This document shows, piece after piece, positions 38,616 to 48,146 of a DNA stretch of 64,000 nucleotides. Location of the stretch: positions 124,001 through 188,000 of IMG/VR virus record IMGVR_UViG_3300049215_000529; one strand, given 5' to 3'. The stretch's first letter is position 1. Each line of letters begins with the position of its first letter. The position numbers and the translations under genes are program-made. Under the pieces are notes generated by a model that saw only the letters and a program-made list of their open reading frames with translations, had not been told where the DNA came from and did no database searches.

Positions 38616-39496
38616 TTTGGTGGAATCCTTGTAGCAAGTACAGTCGTTTCCAGATCTCCCACAGCTTTCACCATGTCATTAAATCTTTTGCTTACGTAGA
38701 CATGCTTTTCAATATAGCTTCTATCCTGTGAAAAGATAGGGATTTCGTTATCTACTACCCACTCAGTACGCTCTGCATTGAATACTTCACCAGTTTTGGG
38801 GTTAGTGCCCTGTTTCATCACTTTGGTCTTGACAATACAGCGACCACGTTTTTGAGAGGTTGGACAGTCATTCCAGTTGATACCCTTTTGGAAACATAGT
38901 TCTTGTAGCTCAGAATTACCTTTACCCTCTAATTGTTTGTGAGAGTATAGAGTACAAGCTAGCATTTGAACTGAGTTTCGGGTGGCATCCTGTTGGCGCC
39001 ATAGAAAATAGTTCACCACTTCTTCTTTCGGAACAATGAAGGCGCGGCTATCGAAATAAGCTGGTCTGTTGAAATCACACTCACTCATAGGATCGGCACC
39101 AGCATCAACTTCAGCGGAAGTTTTGGGCGCCCAAATTTGCCAAGAGTTCATTGTAAACGTAACCGATGCCATTGATGCAGAAATACTAACCATCTTCTGT
39201 AGGTTATTATCAAACCATGATTGGGTGTCAACGTCTGTATAATTGTTTAGCAGCAATGAAATCTCATCAGATTGCACATAGGCAATTTGACAGCCTTGAA
39301 CATGCTCGCAAAGATACTTTGCGGTTTCGTTCATACAATCGATCAAACCTTGATCTAGAGGTCGCTTACAGCCCTTGGTGTAAGTATGAAATGCTTTGCC
39401 GTCAATACGAAGAATAACGGGCATTCTAATGGGCAAATGTGTCCTATAAGCATCCTCATAGGATTTCATTCTGTCGCCTAGATTATCATTGCTCAT
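38612..39496 (-). CDS. Thg1-like 3'-5' tRNA guanylyltransferase
   Basis: RMKSYE, RIDGKAFH, YVQSDEISL, FDSR, YFLWRQQDA.RN. Confidence 0.93.
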   Translation of the reverse strand: MSNDNLGDRMKSYEDAYRTHLPIRMPVILRIDGKAFHTYTKGCKRPLDQGLIDCMNETAKYLCEHVQGCQIAYVQSDEISLLLNNYTDVDTQSWFDNNLQKMVSISASMASVTFTMNSWQIWAPKTSAEVDAGADPMSECDFNRPAYFDSRAFIVPKEEVVNYFLWRQQDATRNSVQMLACTLYSHKQLEGKGNSELQELCFQKGINWNDCPTSQKRGRCIVKTKVMKQGTNPKTGEVFNAERTEWVVDNEIPIFSQDRSYIEKHVYVSKRFNDMVKAVGDLETTVLATRIPPK

Positions 39497-39500
39497 AATT

Positions 39501-39809
39501 TCACCACATCTTATCTATACGGGTTTTCATCTTGATACACAAATTGAACTTCTTGTTAAGTAGTACGCGTTCTTTTCTAATTCTTTTTAGATACTTCACT
39601 CGTTGGCGAGCCTCTGTACCAGCGAAACCATATGTACTATGCGGAGGGTTTTCTTTAGCAAAAACTTGCTCATCCCTAATGGAATTATCTAATGTTTTTA
39701 AATCTTCTTGAAAAGAAAGAAGCAAATAATTTAGTATTTTTTCGTCCCCCAAACTATTAAGCATCTTGACAATTAACAAGTCTGTTTCTGCAGTTTTCTT
39801 ATTTTTCAT
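39501..39809 (-). CDS. Hypothetical protein
   Basis: ATGA-coupled ORF. Confidence 0.55.
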   Translation of the reverse strand: MKNKKTAETDLLIVKMLNSLGDEKILNYLLLSFQEDLKTLDNSIRDEQVFAKENPPHSTYGFAGTEARQRVKYLKRIRKERVLLNKKFNLCIKMKTRIDKMW

Positions 39810-40381
39810 AGTGATTGCCTAGTTGAGTGTTCTTTGTGATGATCCCAATTTTGCTGATATGTTTCTGCAATTTTGGCATTAGTTAATTCGATACTATTCT
39901 CTGCGTTGCTATGCTCGGCAGCATTGGTAAAGTTGAAAGATCCAGTGAAAACAGTCTTCTTGTCAATAATCATAATCTTGTTGTGAGCAATAGCGTGCTT
40001 GTCATCAATGTAGGTAGTTATACCATGACCCACCAACATTGGCAAAACGCTTCCTTTGCCGGTCCTGTCGCTCTTATCAAGAATCACTTCGACATGCACA
40101 CCTCGTTGATGGGCAGCCATCAAAGCTTGAGCAATTGGTACCGAAGTAAATGAATACGCTTGAACATAAACAGATTGTTGCGCTTTACCAAGTTCCTCCA
40201 CTACATGAGTGGTGCAGCCACCATTGGGTGAGAAGTGAGCGTTCCACTGGATATCAGACGATTCTTGTACAGTGGTTGGGGCTGTGATAACGGGATCACG
40301 TTTGATTGGTTTTTCATTGATATTGGGCATGTCATTACAGCCCACTAAAACAAATAGAATGACAAATAAAAGTTTATGCAT
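39806..40381 (-). CDS. PLD-family nuclease (Nuc-like) lipoprotein (start MHKLL)
   Basis: LVGC lipobox, FSP.GG, HNKIMIID, TGSFNFT, NAEN. Confidence 0.88.
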   Translation of the reverse strand: MHKLLFVILFVLVGCNDMPNINEKPIKRDPVITAPTTVQESSDIQWNAHFSPNGGCTTHVVEELGKAQQSVYVQAYSFTSVPIAQALMAAHQRGVHVEVILDKSDRTGKGSVLPMLVGHGITTYIDDKHAIAHNKIMIIDKKTVFTGSFNFTNAAEHSNAENSIELTNAKIAETYQQNWDHHKEHSTRQSL

Positions 40382-41021
40382 TGTAGTATTTATTGTAAAG
40401 TTCGATAAATGGTTTGTTTTCATTTTTAAGTTTGATATTGAATCCAGCAGGCACTCCAGTAGATAAATAAGCCTGACATTCATCCACGTAGACATGGGAA
40501 GTATATCCGATGCGTTTCAAGACTTTAAACATAGAGTTTCGAAAATTAGGCTTAAGTTCACTGACAAGAGTAGCCATTTCCTTTTTATATTTCGGAATCA
40601 AATAAAACATACCATGAGCCACTTCATGCTTCATGGTAAATAGATTCTTTGTTTTATTGCCAGTAGAACCAATAAGGTAAAAATCGCCTCCAGCTTTTTG
40701 GCTGCAAGCGGCATGTACATCTAACATGACTTGATCATACTTGTTTTTATCTGGAATTCCCAAGCTATGAACCATGGTAATGACATTGCTTGGGACATTG
40801 AACCCCGCCCAATCTAGTGGATAAGTAAAAGAGCCATTGCCAAAAGTTTCAGAATACCACTCCATAAAATCTACCAAACTAAAAGCGTGATTGCGAAATT
40901 TAGGATTGGGCGACTCATAATACTCTTGATATCGCAAGAAATGCATGGCGCATTGATATGGGTCTTTGAAATTCAGATGAAAAATCTTTGGCTTAACTTC
41001 TTTAACAGTAAAATGTCTCAT
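40374..41021 (-). CDS. Hypothetical protein with HExxH
   Basis: KHEVAHG. Confidence 0.6.
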   Translation of the reverse strand: MRHFTVKEVKPKIFHLNFKDPYQCAMHFLRYQEYYESPNPKFRNHAFSLVDFMEWYSETFGNGSFTYPLDWAGFNVPSNVITMVHSLGIPDKNKYDQVMLDVHAACSQKAGGDFYLIGSTGNKTKNLFTMKHEVAHGMFYLIPKYKKEMATLVSELKPNFRNSMFKVLKRIGYTSHVYVDECQAYLSTGVPAGFNIKLKNENKPFIELYNKYYNA

Positions 41022-41470
41022 TTTAATACCTGTAGTTTTTTAATAACTTTGGGAACTTGGCTTTTCTTCATTGGCCAAAGTCCAATAACTGTTTCACTCA
41101 TAGGAGCAATTTCAGTCAAACCAGCATCCACCACAAGAACAAACTTGTTTGGAAATTCAGCTTTGATCTTGTCCCATTCTTTATCATCAGCTTTTAAAAC
41201 AACTTTACGAAAAGATTCATCAAGCCACGCTTTAAAAGACGTAACTAACGAAGGGTCATGCTCTGGCTCCCAACCACACAAATTGTTTGCTTCATTTTCC
41301 GAACGAAAAGTGTCGTACTTTAACTGAAGCATTTGGGAAGCATGCGCACACTGTGCTGCCGTTTTACCTATACCCATGCCTAATGACTCTCGTACGATTA
41401 GGTACATTACAATAGGGTCTTCTTGATTAGCTCGCTTTGCAGCTGCCTCTGATGAATCCAGTGGTTCCAT
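41018..41470 (-). CDS. Peptidyl-tRNA hydrolase, Pth2 type
   Basis: GKTAAQCAHA, KVVLK, DAGLTEI, TVIGLWP. Confidence 0.92.
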   Translation of the reverse strand: MEPLDSSEAAAKRANQEDPIVMYLIVRESLGMGIGKTAAQCAHASQMLQLKYDTFRSENEANNLCGWEPEHDPSLVTSFKAWLDESFRKVVLKADDKEWDKIKAEFPNKFVLVVDAGLTEIAPMSETVIGLWPMKKSQVPKVIKKLQVLK

Positions 41471-41476
41471 ACAAAT

Positions 41477-41504
41477 ATCTTAATCACTAAAATAAGGAAG
41501 TCAA
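41477..41504 (-). promoter_or_regulatory. sigma70-like promoter TTGACT-N16-TAAGAT
   Basis: Motif upstream of the Pth2 gene. Confidence 0.5.
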
Positions 41505-41523
41505 GCCCCGCCAATCTGAAAAA

Positions 41524-42720
41524 TTAGGCGCCGTAATCAGTTTTCCAAGGAGGGAATCCGAGAACTACGAACAAATCCAGTTTGTTAGGAGTCGCATTGA
41601 CTTGGGTTCGTGTAACTGAGCCGTAACTGACAGCAATCACATCGTCCAATTTGTATTTCAAAAGAGAATTGTTGGCAAAAACAATAGTACTTCCATTGCC
41701 ACCAAATAAGAATAATCGATCGTAAATAATCGCAAGTTGCGATTGAGAAACTTCTCCAGGAATAGATGTCTTTGTATCTATCCATGAAAATGGATTAGAC
41801 AATTGACATCTTAAGATTCTTGTTGGAGAAACATAACCATCAGTTGGAGTAAATAAAAATCCTTGATTACCTACTGTGGCAAACTGACCATAAAAACATG
41901 GAAATGGTAAAAAGCTAGTAAAAGACCAAGTAGTTGGTGTATTAATCGGTGCTGAATAAATATTCTTGGTAGTAGTATTATTGGTCGTTAATCCGCCAAA
42001 TAATATCGCATATCCATCTACAATAGCTAGCTGTGAACCATATAAAGGATCTGGTAAAGTCTGTCCGGTATCACTCCACGATAGTGGGCTGCTAGTTGGG
42101 GCGCTTAGAATGGCTTTGCTTGGACCATATCCATCATAGCCGCCAAATAAATACATGTAACCATCAATAATGCCCAATTGGGAATGATGAAGATTTTTTG
42201 GCAGAATATAACCATCATTGGTCCAGTTTAATGGATTAGAGGTTGGAGCCGACAGAACTGCATTGGTTGGTGTTCCAAAGGTAGCATCTGTAGTTCCACC
42301 AAACAAATAGACAGAGTTGTTTACAATAGCTAATTGCGAGCCAGCAAGCGGTATTGGCAATTTAGCGCCAGTATCAGCCCAAACACCCGGATTATTAACG
42401 GGGGCACGAAGAATCTTGGAACTGTTCTGTCCACCAAATAAATAGACATAACCATCAATAACAGCGGTTTGTGAATCACAGGTGTAGCATGGAAGCACTC
42501 TTCTGGTAGTAGACCAGTCTTCTGCATTAGGTAAATTGAAATTAGCTACAACACTAGGATCAAGAATTTCATAAGCAGTAACATCCACTAACGGACTAGG
42601 ACCTGATTTATCGCCAGTATATAGCGCACCAGTGAAATCCGGCGTATCATTCACTACCCAAGTTCTATATTGTATTGGAGACGAATCAACGTCTCTGCCA
42701 AGCATTTTGAAGCATACCAT
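41524..42720 (-). CDS. Kelch-repeat beta-propeller protein
   Basis: Repeated YLFGG...I..AP...P..W. Confidence 0.8.
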   Translation of the reverse strand: MVCFKMLGRDVDSSPIQYRTWVVNDTPDFTGALYTGDKSGPSPLVDVTAYEILDPSVVANFNLPNAEDWSTTRRVLPCYTCDSQTAVIDGYVYLFGGQNSSKILRAPVNNPGVWADTGAKLPIPLAGSQLAIVNNSVYLFGGTTDATFGTPTNAVLSAPTSNPLNWTNDGYILPKNLHHSQLGIIDGYMYLFGGYDGYGPSKAILSAPTSSPLSWSDTGQTLPDPLYGSQLAIVDGYAILFGGLTTNNTTTKNIYSAPINTPTTWSFTSFLPFPCFYGQFATVGNQGFLFTPTDGYVSPTRILRCQLSNPFSWIDTKTSIPGEVSQSQLAIIYDRLFLFGGNGSTIVFANNSLLKYKLDDVIAVSYGSVTRTQVNATPNKLDLFVVLGFPPWKTDYGA

Positions 42721-42748
42721 ATCAACATAATGCTACATTATGACGATA

Positions 42749-44239
42749 TTAGATCTTGGCTAGTTTCTTCACCAAATATAGCTCAGATTTACTACGAGTT
42801 ACGGCAACATACCAAAGGTTATCTTCTTCTCCGCCCATTCCGCTTTTTCGATAGGTGCTGGTCAAAATAAAGACACGATCGCGTTCCAAACCTTTGGCTT
42901 TATGAGTCGTAGAAAACATAACTTTAGCAGCATCATCAACATCATTAAACAGTTTCTCGATAGTCTCTTTGAGATCTTTAATCGTCAAAGTTCCTTCGCA
43001 TAGGTTCAATAAACATTCCGCTTTATCGATACATACTGTCGTATCTCTCTTCTCCGACAATAATCTTCTAATTTCTTGCTCTTTCCATTCAACAACATAA
43101 GCAATGAAATCATTAATGGTTTTTGCCTTAGATTTTTTGATGAAGTACAATAGGTTAGCACCAACATCTCGACCCTGAATATTAGCTGGGACACCCGCTT
43201 TGAGCAAAGCCATGCAGTGTTTTACCAATGGGGCATTAGTTCTTGATAGAACGAAATCTCCTGCCTTAACTGATTTTTGCAAATCTTCCACAGGCATTTC
43301 AACAACAAATCCATCTGGAGCATTGTCGTGAGCCTGAATATCGGGAACTATCTCTTGTGCCAGTTTCACCACCTTTTTAGGGCAGCGGTATGTGACTGAA
43401 AGCGGCAACGTCTTAGCTTTCAACTTATTAATGAAATTAGGAATAGCTTCACTGTCGGCTCCGCGAAACTGATAAATGCTTTGAGCAGGGTCACCTACCG
43501 CAATGATTCTACCACCTGGCTTGATTGCCGACATTACCATAGCAATTTGGGCAGCATTCAAATCCTGAGCCTCATCAACGAATACTACATCCCATTTGCC
43601 AACATTGAGACGATACACGAATGGAAACCAAATCATATCATCAAAGTCCACAACTTGCTTTTGAGACTTGCACAATCCTAGTGTTTTGATGACGTACTCA
43701 ATAAATTTGGGTCGTTCTAAATCTAGAGGATCGATATCAAATCGGTCCATCAACTCATCGATTTTGGTTGGAGTGTCAAATAAAAAGCCTTTGCATAAAG
43801 AAACGCATTTGCAAATACTTTGATTAAGCTCCCACAAATCATAGTCGTCACCAATCAAAGTGGCGACCAATGCTCTGCATTTATCGTTCTCTAGGATGAC
43901 ATTGCCAAAATTCTGTTTGATGGCGCGAAAGCCCAAACTGTGAAGGGTTAGAGTGTCTACGTAGGATGGTGCTCGTTGCTTTAGCTCTTCAGCGATGCTT
44001 TTGTTGAAAGCAACCATGAGAGTCTTTTTACCTCTCGGAATGTACTTGAATCCCTCTACGATAGTGGATGTTTTACCAGAACCTGCGCGGGCAATTACCA
44101 CAGTATGATCTGATGCTTTGGCAATATCTTTGAAGATATTCTTCTGAAAGTCAGACCACTCTCTCTTGGGATTGAACTTGACGAGGTGTGAATTATCTGG
44201 TCTTTTGGGTGGAAACTTACTGACCTTTTTTGAGGACAT
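42749..44239 (-). CDS. UvrD/Rep-like SF1 helicase
   Basis: ARAGSGKT, VDEAQD, GDPAQSIY.FRG, TYRC, HKAKGLE, YVAVTR. Confidence 0.92.
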   Translation of the reverse strand: MSSKKVSKFPPKRPDNSHLVKFNPKREWSDFQKNIFKDIAKASDHTVVIARAGSGKTSTIVEGFKYIPRGKKTLMVAFNKSIAEELKQRAPSYVDTLTLHSLGFRAIKQNFGNVILENDKCRALVATLIGDDYDLWELNQSICKCVSLCKGFLFDTPTKIDELMDRFDIDPLDLERPKFIEYVIKTLGLCKSQKQVVDFDDMIWFPFVYRLNVGKWDVVFVDEAQDLNAAQIAMVMSAIKPGGRIIAVGDPAQSIYQFRGADSEAIPNFINKLKAKTLPLSVTYRCPKKVVKLAQEIVPDIQAHDNAPDGFVVEMPVEDLQKSVKAGDFVLSRTNAPLVKHCMALLKAGVPANIQGRDVGANLLYFIKKSKAKTINDFIAYVVEWKEQEIRRLLSEKRDTTVCIDKAECLLNLCEGTLTIKDLKETIEKLFNDVDDAAKVMFSTTHKAKGLERDRVFILTSTYRKSGMGGEEDNLWYVAVTRSKSELYLVKKLAKI

Positions 44240-45053
44240 GAGGAAATCTTCTTTCTAAATCAGAAACCACTTGGACGCCAATTTTCCTGTTTTCTTCCTG
44301 GCGAGCGTGATCATCTTCTCCGCTACTATATCGTGATTTGACCTGAGGAACGCCACTTTTATCTCGCAACAATAAGGCAGCTTCATAAGCTAAAGCTAAC
44401 CAATCTGGCTTCACATCATCCGGTACCTTGCAAATATCGGAATAATCTTTGGAGACAGGATAAAAGCTATAAACACCAGATGTCCAATATTTGGATTGTG
44501 GATCGCTATAATCGTCGTATTCGTTTAGAATCTCTTCATATCCATATTTTTTGAGAAGTTTCTTGACCTCTGCGGCTGCCTCAAATACTTCTTTATTTTC
44601 TTCGCGACGAGCTAAAGAATCAAGATAACTATCTGGGCTTGTATTCATAAGGCTACCATCTAACCAATCATATCCATTACCAATAGTAAAGAACCAATGA
44701 TCAAGATAGGAAACTCTAGTCGGATAAATGTCTGACCAGTATTTGGCGCAGTACTCAAAAGACTCCTCAACTGTGGGCGGACCTTTCTTTTTAAACTCAT
44801 CAATCCAATCAAGACAAGTCTTCATTGCTACGTCACGTGTTTTACCAGGACGTAAACAAATGCCAACGTACGGTCTTGATAATGGAGCATCATGAGTTTT
44901 TCCGTCAATTTTTAAGTCGTAATCTACCAGAATTTTAGCCTGATGAATAGATCCAAATTTCCAAGTATTAACGACAAATCTGTCAATTGTAGTGTACCAT
45001 GTCTCATGATTTTGTTCCCAATCATGACCGAAACAATGTAATTTCTTGGACAT
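44217..45053 (-). CDS. Hypothetical protein
   Basis: 278-aa overlapped ORF. Confidence 0.65.
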   Translation of the reverse strand: MSKKLHCFGHDWEQNHETWYTTIDRFVVNTWKFGSIHQAKILVDYDLKIDGKTHDAPLSRPYVGICLRPGKTRDVAMKTCLDWIDEFKKKGPPTVEESFEYCAKYWSDIYPTRVSYLDHWFFTIGNGYDWLDGSLMNTSPDSYLDSLARREENKEVFEAAAEVKKLLKKYGYEEILNEYDDYSDPQSKYWTSGVYSFYPVSKDYSDICKVPDDVKPDWLALAYEAALLLRDKSGVPQVKSRYSSGEDDHARQEENRKIGVQVVSDLERRFPHVLKKGQ

Positions 45054-45054
45054 G

Positions 45055-45969
45055 TTACCCTCTTGGAAAGAATGAAGAATCAGATCTGTTGAATAATTGA
45101 CTGTCTAAAGCAATAAGCTTATCGAAGTCTTCTACCGCATAGAAAGCAGGATCAATGGCTTTCATGCCATATTTTGCGCCAAATAAGGCGCCGACAATAG
45201 CGGCAGTCGTGTCAGTATCTCCACCAGCCTTGATAGCAGTTACCACTGCATCATAGTAGTTATCAAACTTCAAGAAGCAATATAGTGCTGCTGGAACTGT
45301 TTCTTGAACGTTAGCCTTGGTACCAAGTACCTTGAGAGCTTGCCGTGGGCTAATGTGGTCAGAGCTAATCAAAGCATCTAAACTATAGACAGTATTCTTT
45401 ACCTTACTATCTGGCAAGTGAGCCCAAATCTTTTCTAACAAATTGTCAGAATCATCATTGACAGCGTAATAAGCTGCCACTGCAATAGCAATCGAACCAG
45501 CCTCAGCATCTGGTGATACGTGGGTGATAGCACTATCAACTTTACAGATATCGACTAATGATTTGAGGTCATTGCGGAAATAGACTCCAAATGGTGCGGA
45601 GCGCATAGCGGTACCATTGCCAAGAGAGCCAACAATACCAGATTCACTCCAATGTTTGCCAGAAGTCAAATTCTGAATTGCCATCAAGGTAGTTTTGCCC
45701 CAACCTCTAGCTCGACCAGAAGTCATCCAATCTACGTACCTAGCAGACAAATCGTCTGGATTGAAACCACGATTCTCAATTAGAGATTCGGCAACCATCA
45801 AACTCATTTGAGTATCATCTGAGTATTGTCCTGGTTGTAGCTTATGGTGTTCACTACCCAAGAAACTTTTGCCATCCCATTCCAATAAGGCTGGGTTGTT
45901 TATTAGCTTAGTTTCAAACGGAACGCCAAGTGCATCTGCAACAGCTGTTCCTAATAGTACGTTACTCAT
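45055..45969 (-). CDS. ADP-ribosylglycohydrolase (DraG/ARH family)
   Basis: DALG, YSDDTQM, GNGTAMR, TH, GGDTDT. Confidence 0.93.
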   Translation of the reverse strand: MSNVLLGTAVADALGVPFETKLINNPALLEWDGKSFLGSEHHKLQPGQYSDDTQMSLMVAESLIENRGFNPDDLSARYVDWMTSGRARGWGKTTLMAIQNLTSGKHWSESGIVGSLGNGTAMRSAPFGVYFRNDLKSLVDICKVDSAITHVSPDAEAGSIAIAVAAYYAVNDDSDNLLEKIWAHLPDSKVKNTVYSLDALISSDHISPRQALKVLGTKANVQETVPAALYCFLKFDNYYDAVVTAIKAGGDTDTTAAIVGALFGAKYGMKAIDPAFYAVEDFDKLIALDSQLFNRSDSSFFPRG

Positions 45970-46531
45970 GTATTATTCCTTCTAATAGCATTGCCAACAC
46001 ATATGCATGTCCCACTTTTAGATTTGGATTGTTAACTAGTTCCCAGTAATCAAACGTACCAGGTTCCAAATTATGCGCATCAAAATCTAAAAGAAATACT
46101 TTTTCGTTAGCTTTAGCTAGATCTTTTAATTTTTCAAAAGCAAACGTTCGCTGTACTGCACGAGCATATAGCGGGATGTATATTTTCTTTCTTGCTTCTA
46201 CATAAGAAAATTTTTCACCGTCCCAATAAGAATACAAAGGTTTTGCTTCTTTGCCCATTGGATAACGATCGGCTCTGATTTTGTTCCAACCGCTCTATGC
46301 CCAATCGAAATATCTTTTGCCCACAGTTCCATTATCTTCTAGATAATATTCATAGACCTTGCTATATTGCCAAGCATTTTCCATATTTTGGGAAACATAA
46401 CCATTATACAACTCACATGGTCCACAAAAGAATGGGCTTAAGGACTGGCTCCAATCTTTTGATCGAGAAGTTGCATTGACCACCAAATCACCAGGTTGGG
46501 ACTTGTAGTGGTAGTTGATGACTTTAATCAT
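45962..46531 (-). pseudogene. Divergent NADAR-like protein interrupted by one in-frame TAG (46295-46297)
   Basis: The two track ORFs share a frame: ...RYFDWA*SGWNKIRADRYPMG...; ENAWQYSKV resembles NADAR ETAYQAAK. Confidence 0.6.
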
Positions 46532-46683
46532 AAATATCCTTCCAAAATCATACACAAAGCAAATGCTTGTCCTACTGGGCGGTCAGGATCATTAACCACC
46601 TGATCCCAGGATTTCTCTAGGTAACGATGATTATATCCTTCAAAATCGATCAAGTAACACAAGTATGTTTGTATGTCCAATTG
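46528..46683 (-). pseudogene. 3' remnant of a paralogue of the downstream NADAR-like gene
   Basis: YLIDFEGYN...WDQVVNDPDRPVGQAFALCMILEG aligns with FLLDFDAHN...WELVNNPNLKVGHAYVLAMLLEG; ATGA overlap. Confidence 0.7.
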
Positions 46684-46698
46684 CTAATATCTTGTTTT

Positions 46699-48099
46699 TT
46701 AAGCACCTTCATGACGAACTCTCTTTCTAATTTCTTCGAAATTATCGTCCACCAAAATCTCACCATTCTCATATACCGTCTTCATAACAGTGCGTTTATG
46801 AGAAACCTCATCTTCAAACAAAGGAACGGTTTCATAACCGCCGCGTTCATTGAAGCACAAATCCAAACGTCCTGCTTTGCTTGCCTTGCCCTTGTCAGTC
46901 ACTGGATCTTTGAATACATCCACCGATTTGTCTCCGATGAAAATATGGCTGCACTTCATAGCAAATTTTTCAGTATCACGGTTGAGTTGTTGTAGCAAAG
47001 CGCCACCCATACCAAAAGCAATGTTCGTGGCACTGTAACCATTGTCCATCAAAGTGTCTAGGATCAGCTGGATAGACCTTTCATTGATGCCGTCGCCCTG
47101 AATGATACGGACATTTTTCAAGACCTTATAGCCCCTCTTGTTAATGGTCGTTCCAAACTTTTCTTCCAATAGTTTAACGGTCTTTAGCACTACCGTAGGA
47201 GGATGACCAGAGTCGGGGCGAATGATGACCACTGCACCAGAATCAATCACTTCCTGCTTCAACTGATCACCCCACAAGTGAGAACAAGCATTCCACAAGT
47301 CGTAAGAGTCCGATACACAGGCAACCAAGGCGCCCGGCTTAGCGAATTGCTTTAGCATATTACGATATGCTTCAACTTCATTTTCTTTGCCCCAAGAAGT
47401 AATGGAGCTATGTTCTGCTGCCGGAATGCTGAATCCAGCCATTGGAATATTGTAGTACTCATTGGCACATAACACTCCCACAACCGTATCACTTCCCATA
47501 AAATTGACCAAGTGGGCTGCGCCACCAATCATAGCAGACTCTTGGCTACTAACTCCACGCGAGCCAAAGTCATGAAGCTTAAAGCTGATTTCTGCTTGCG
47601 GATCATCCGAAGATGCTTGCAATGCACGCAAAATAATACCACGAATTGTACGACTGCGGCTAGCTACCGTGATAGGATACCAAACCCTAAGCAACATGGT
47701 TTCAATCCAAGAAACAATCCAAAACACTTTCGGATCAGTAGATTCAATACTGACAAGAATATTATGGGTTGGAACCACAGTTCCTTCTGGTACGGCGCGA
47801 ATACGAATGGGGAGCTTGCCTTTCAAATCTTTGGCAATGTACATCCAGCCGTCATAGTTGAATGGCTCGCCATGTGCCGCAAAGAGTACCTTGGCTTTCT
47901 CAACCTCTTCTACTGTAACTCGATGAGTCAAATATTCCTTCAAGTAGTATTGCAATCCAAAGAAAACAGTTTCACTGTATTCTCCGCCTCGGCTTTCGAT
48001 GTAGGAGAACATACTTGTGGTACCAGGAGGATACTGCAAGTAGTGGGAAACTTTGTAGCTGTCTGTATCAAACAAGTAACTAAAACGATTGGTTTTCAT
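46699..48099 (-). CDS. nadV: Nicotinamide phosphoribosyltransferase
   Basis: DTDSYKVSH, LHDFGSRG, IPAAEHS, VSDSYD, RPDSG, QGDG, GMGG. Confidence 0.95.
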   Translation of the reverse strand: MKTNRFSYLFDTDSYKVSHYLQYPPGTTSMFSYIESRGGEYSETVFFGLQYYLKEYLTHRVTVEEVEKAKVLFAAHGEPFNYDGWMYIAKDLKGKLPIRIRAVPEGTVVPTHNILVSIESTDPKVFWIVSWIETMLLRVWYPITVASRSRTIRGIILRALQASSDDPQAEISFKLHDFGSRGVSSQESAMIGGAAHLVNFMGSDTVVGVLCANEYYNIPMAGFSIPAAEHSSITSWGKENEVEAYRNMLKQFAKPGALVACVSDSYDLWNACSHLWGDQLKQEVIDSGAVVIIRPDSGHPPTVVLKTVKLLEEKFGTTINKRGYKVLKNVRIIQGDGINERSIQLILDTLMDNGYSATNIAFGMGGALLQQLNRDTEKFAMKCSHIFIGDKSVDVFKDPVTDKGKASKAGRLDLCFNERGGYETVPLFEDEVSHKRTVMKTVYENGEILVDDNFEEIRKRVRHEGA

Positions 48100-48119
48100 T
48101 ATACTCTCCGTATGTTTGC

Positions 48120-48144
48120 CATTCGTTCTCTCAGTGAGAACTTG
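48120..48144 (-). promoter_or_regulatory. Conserved dyad/hairpin upstream of nadV
   Basis: CAAGTTCTC-ACTGA-GAGAACGAATG; 23/25 identical to 49188..49212. Confidence 0.65.
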
Positions 48145-48146
48145 GC

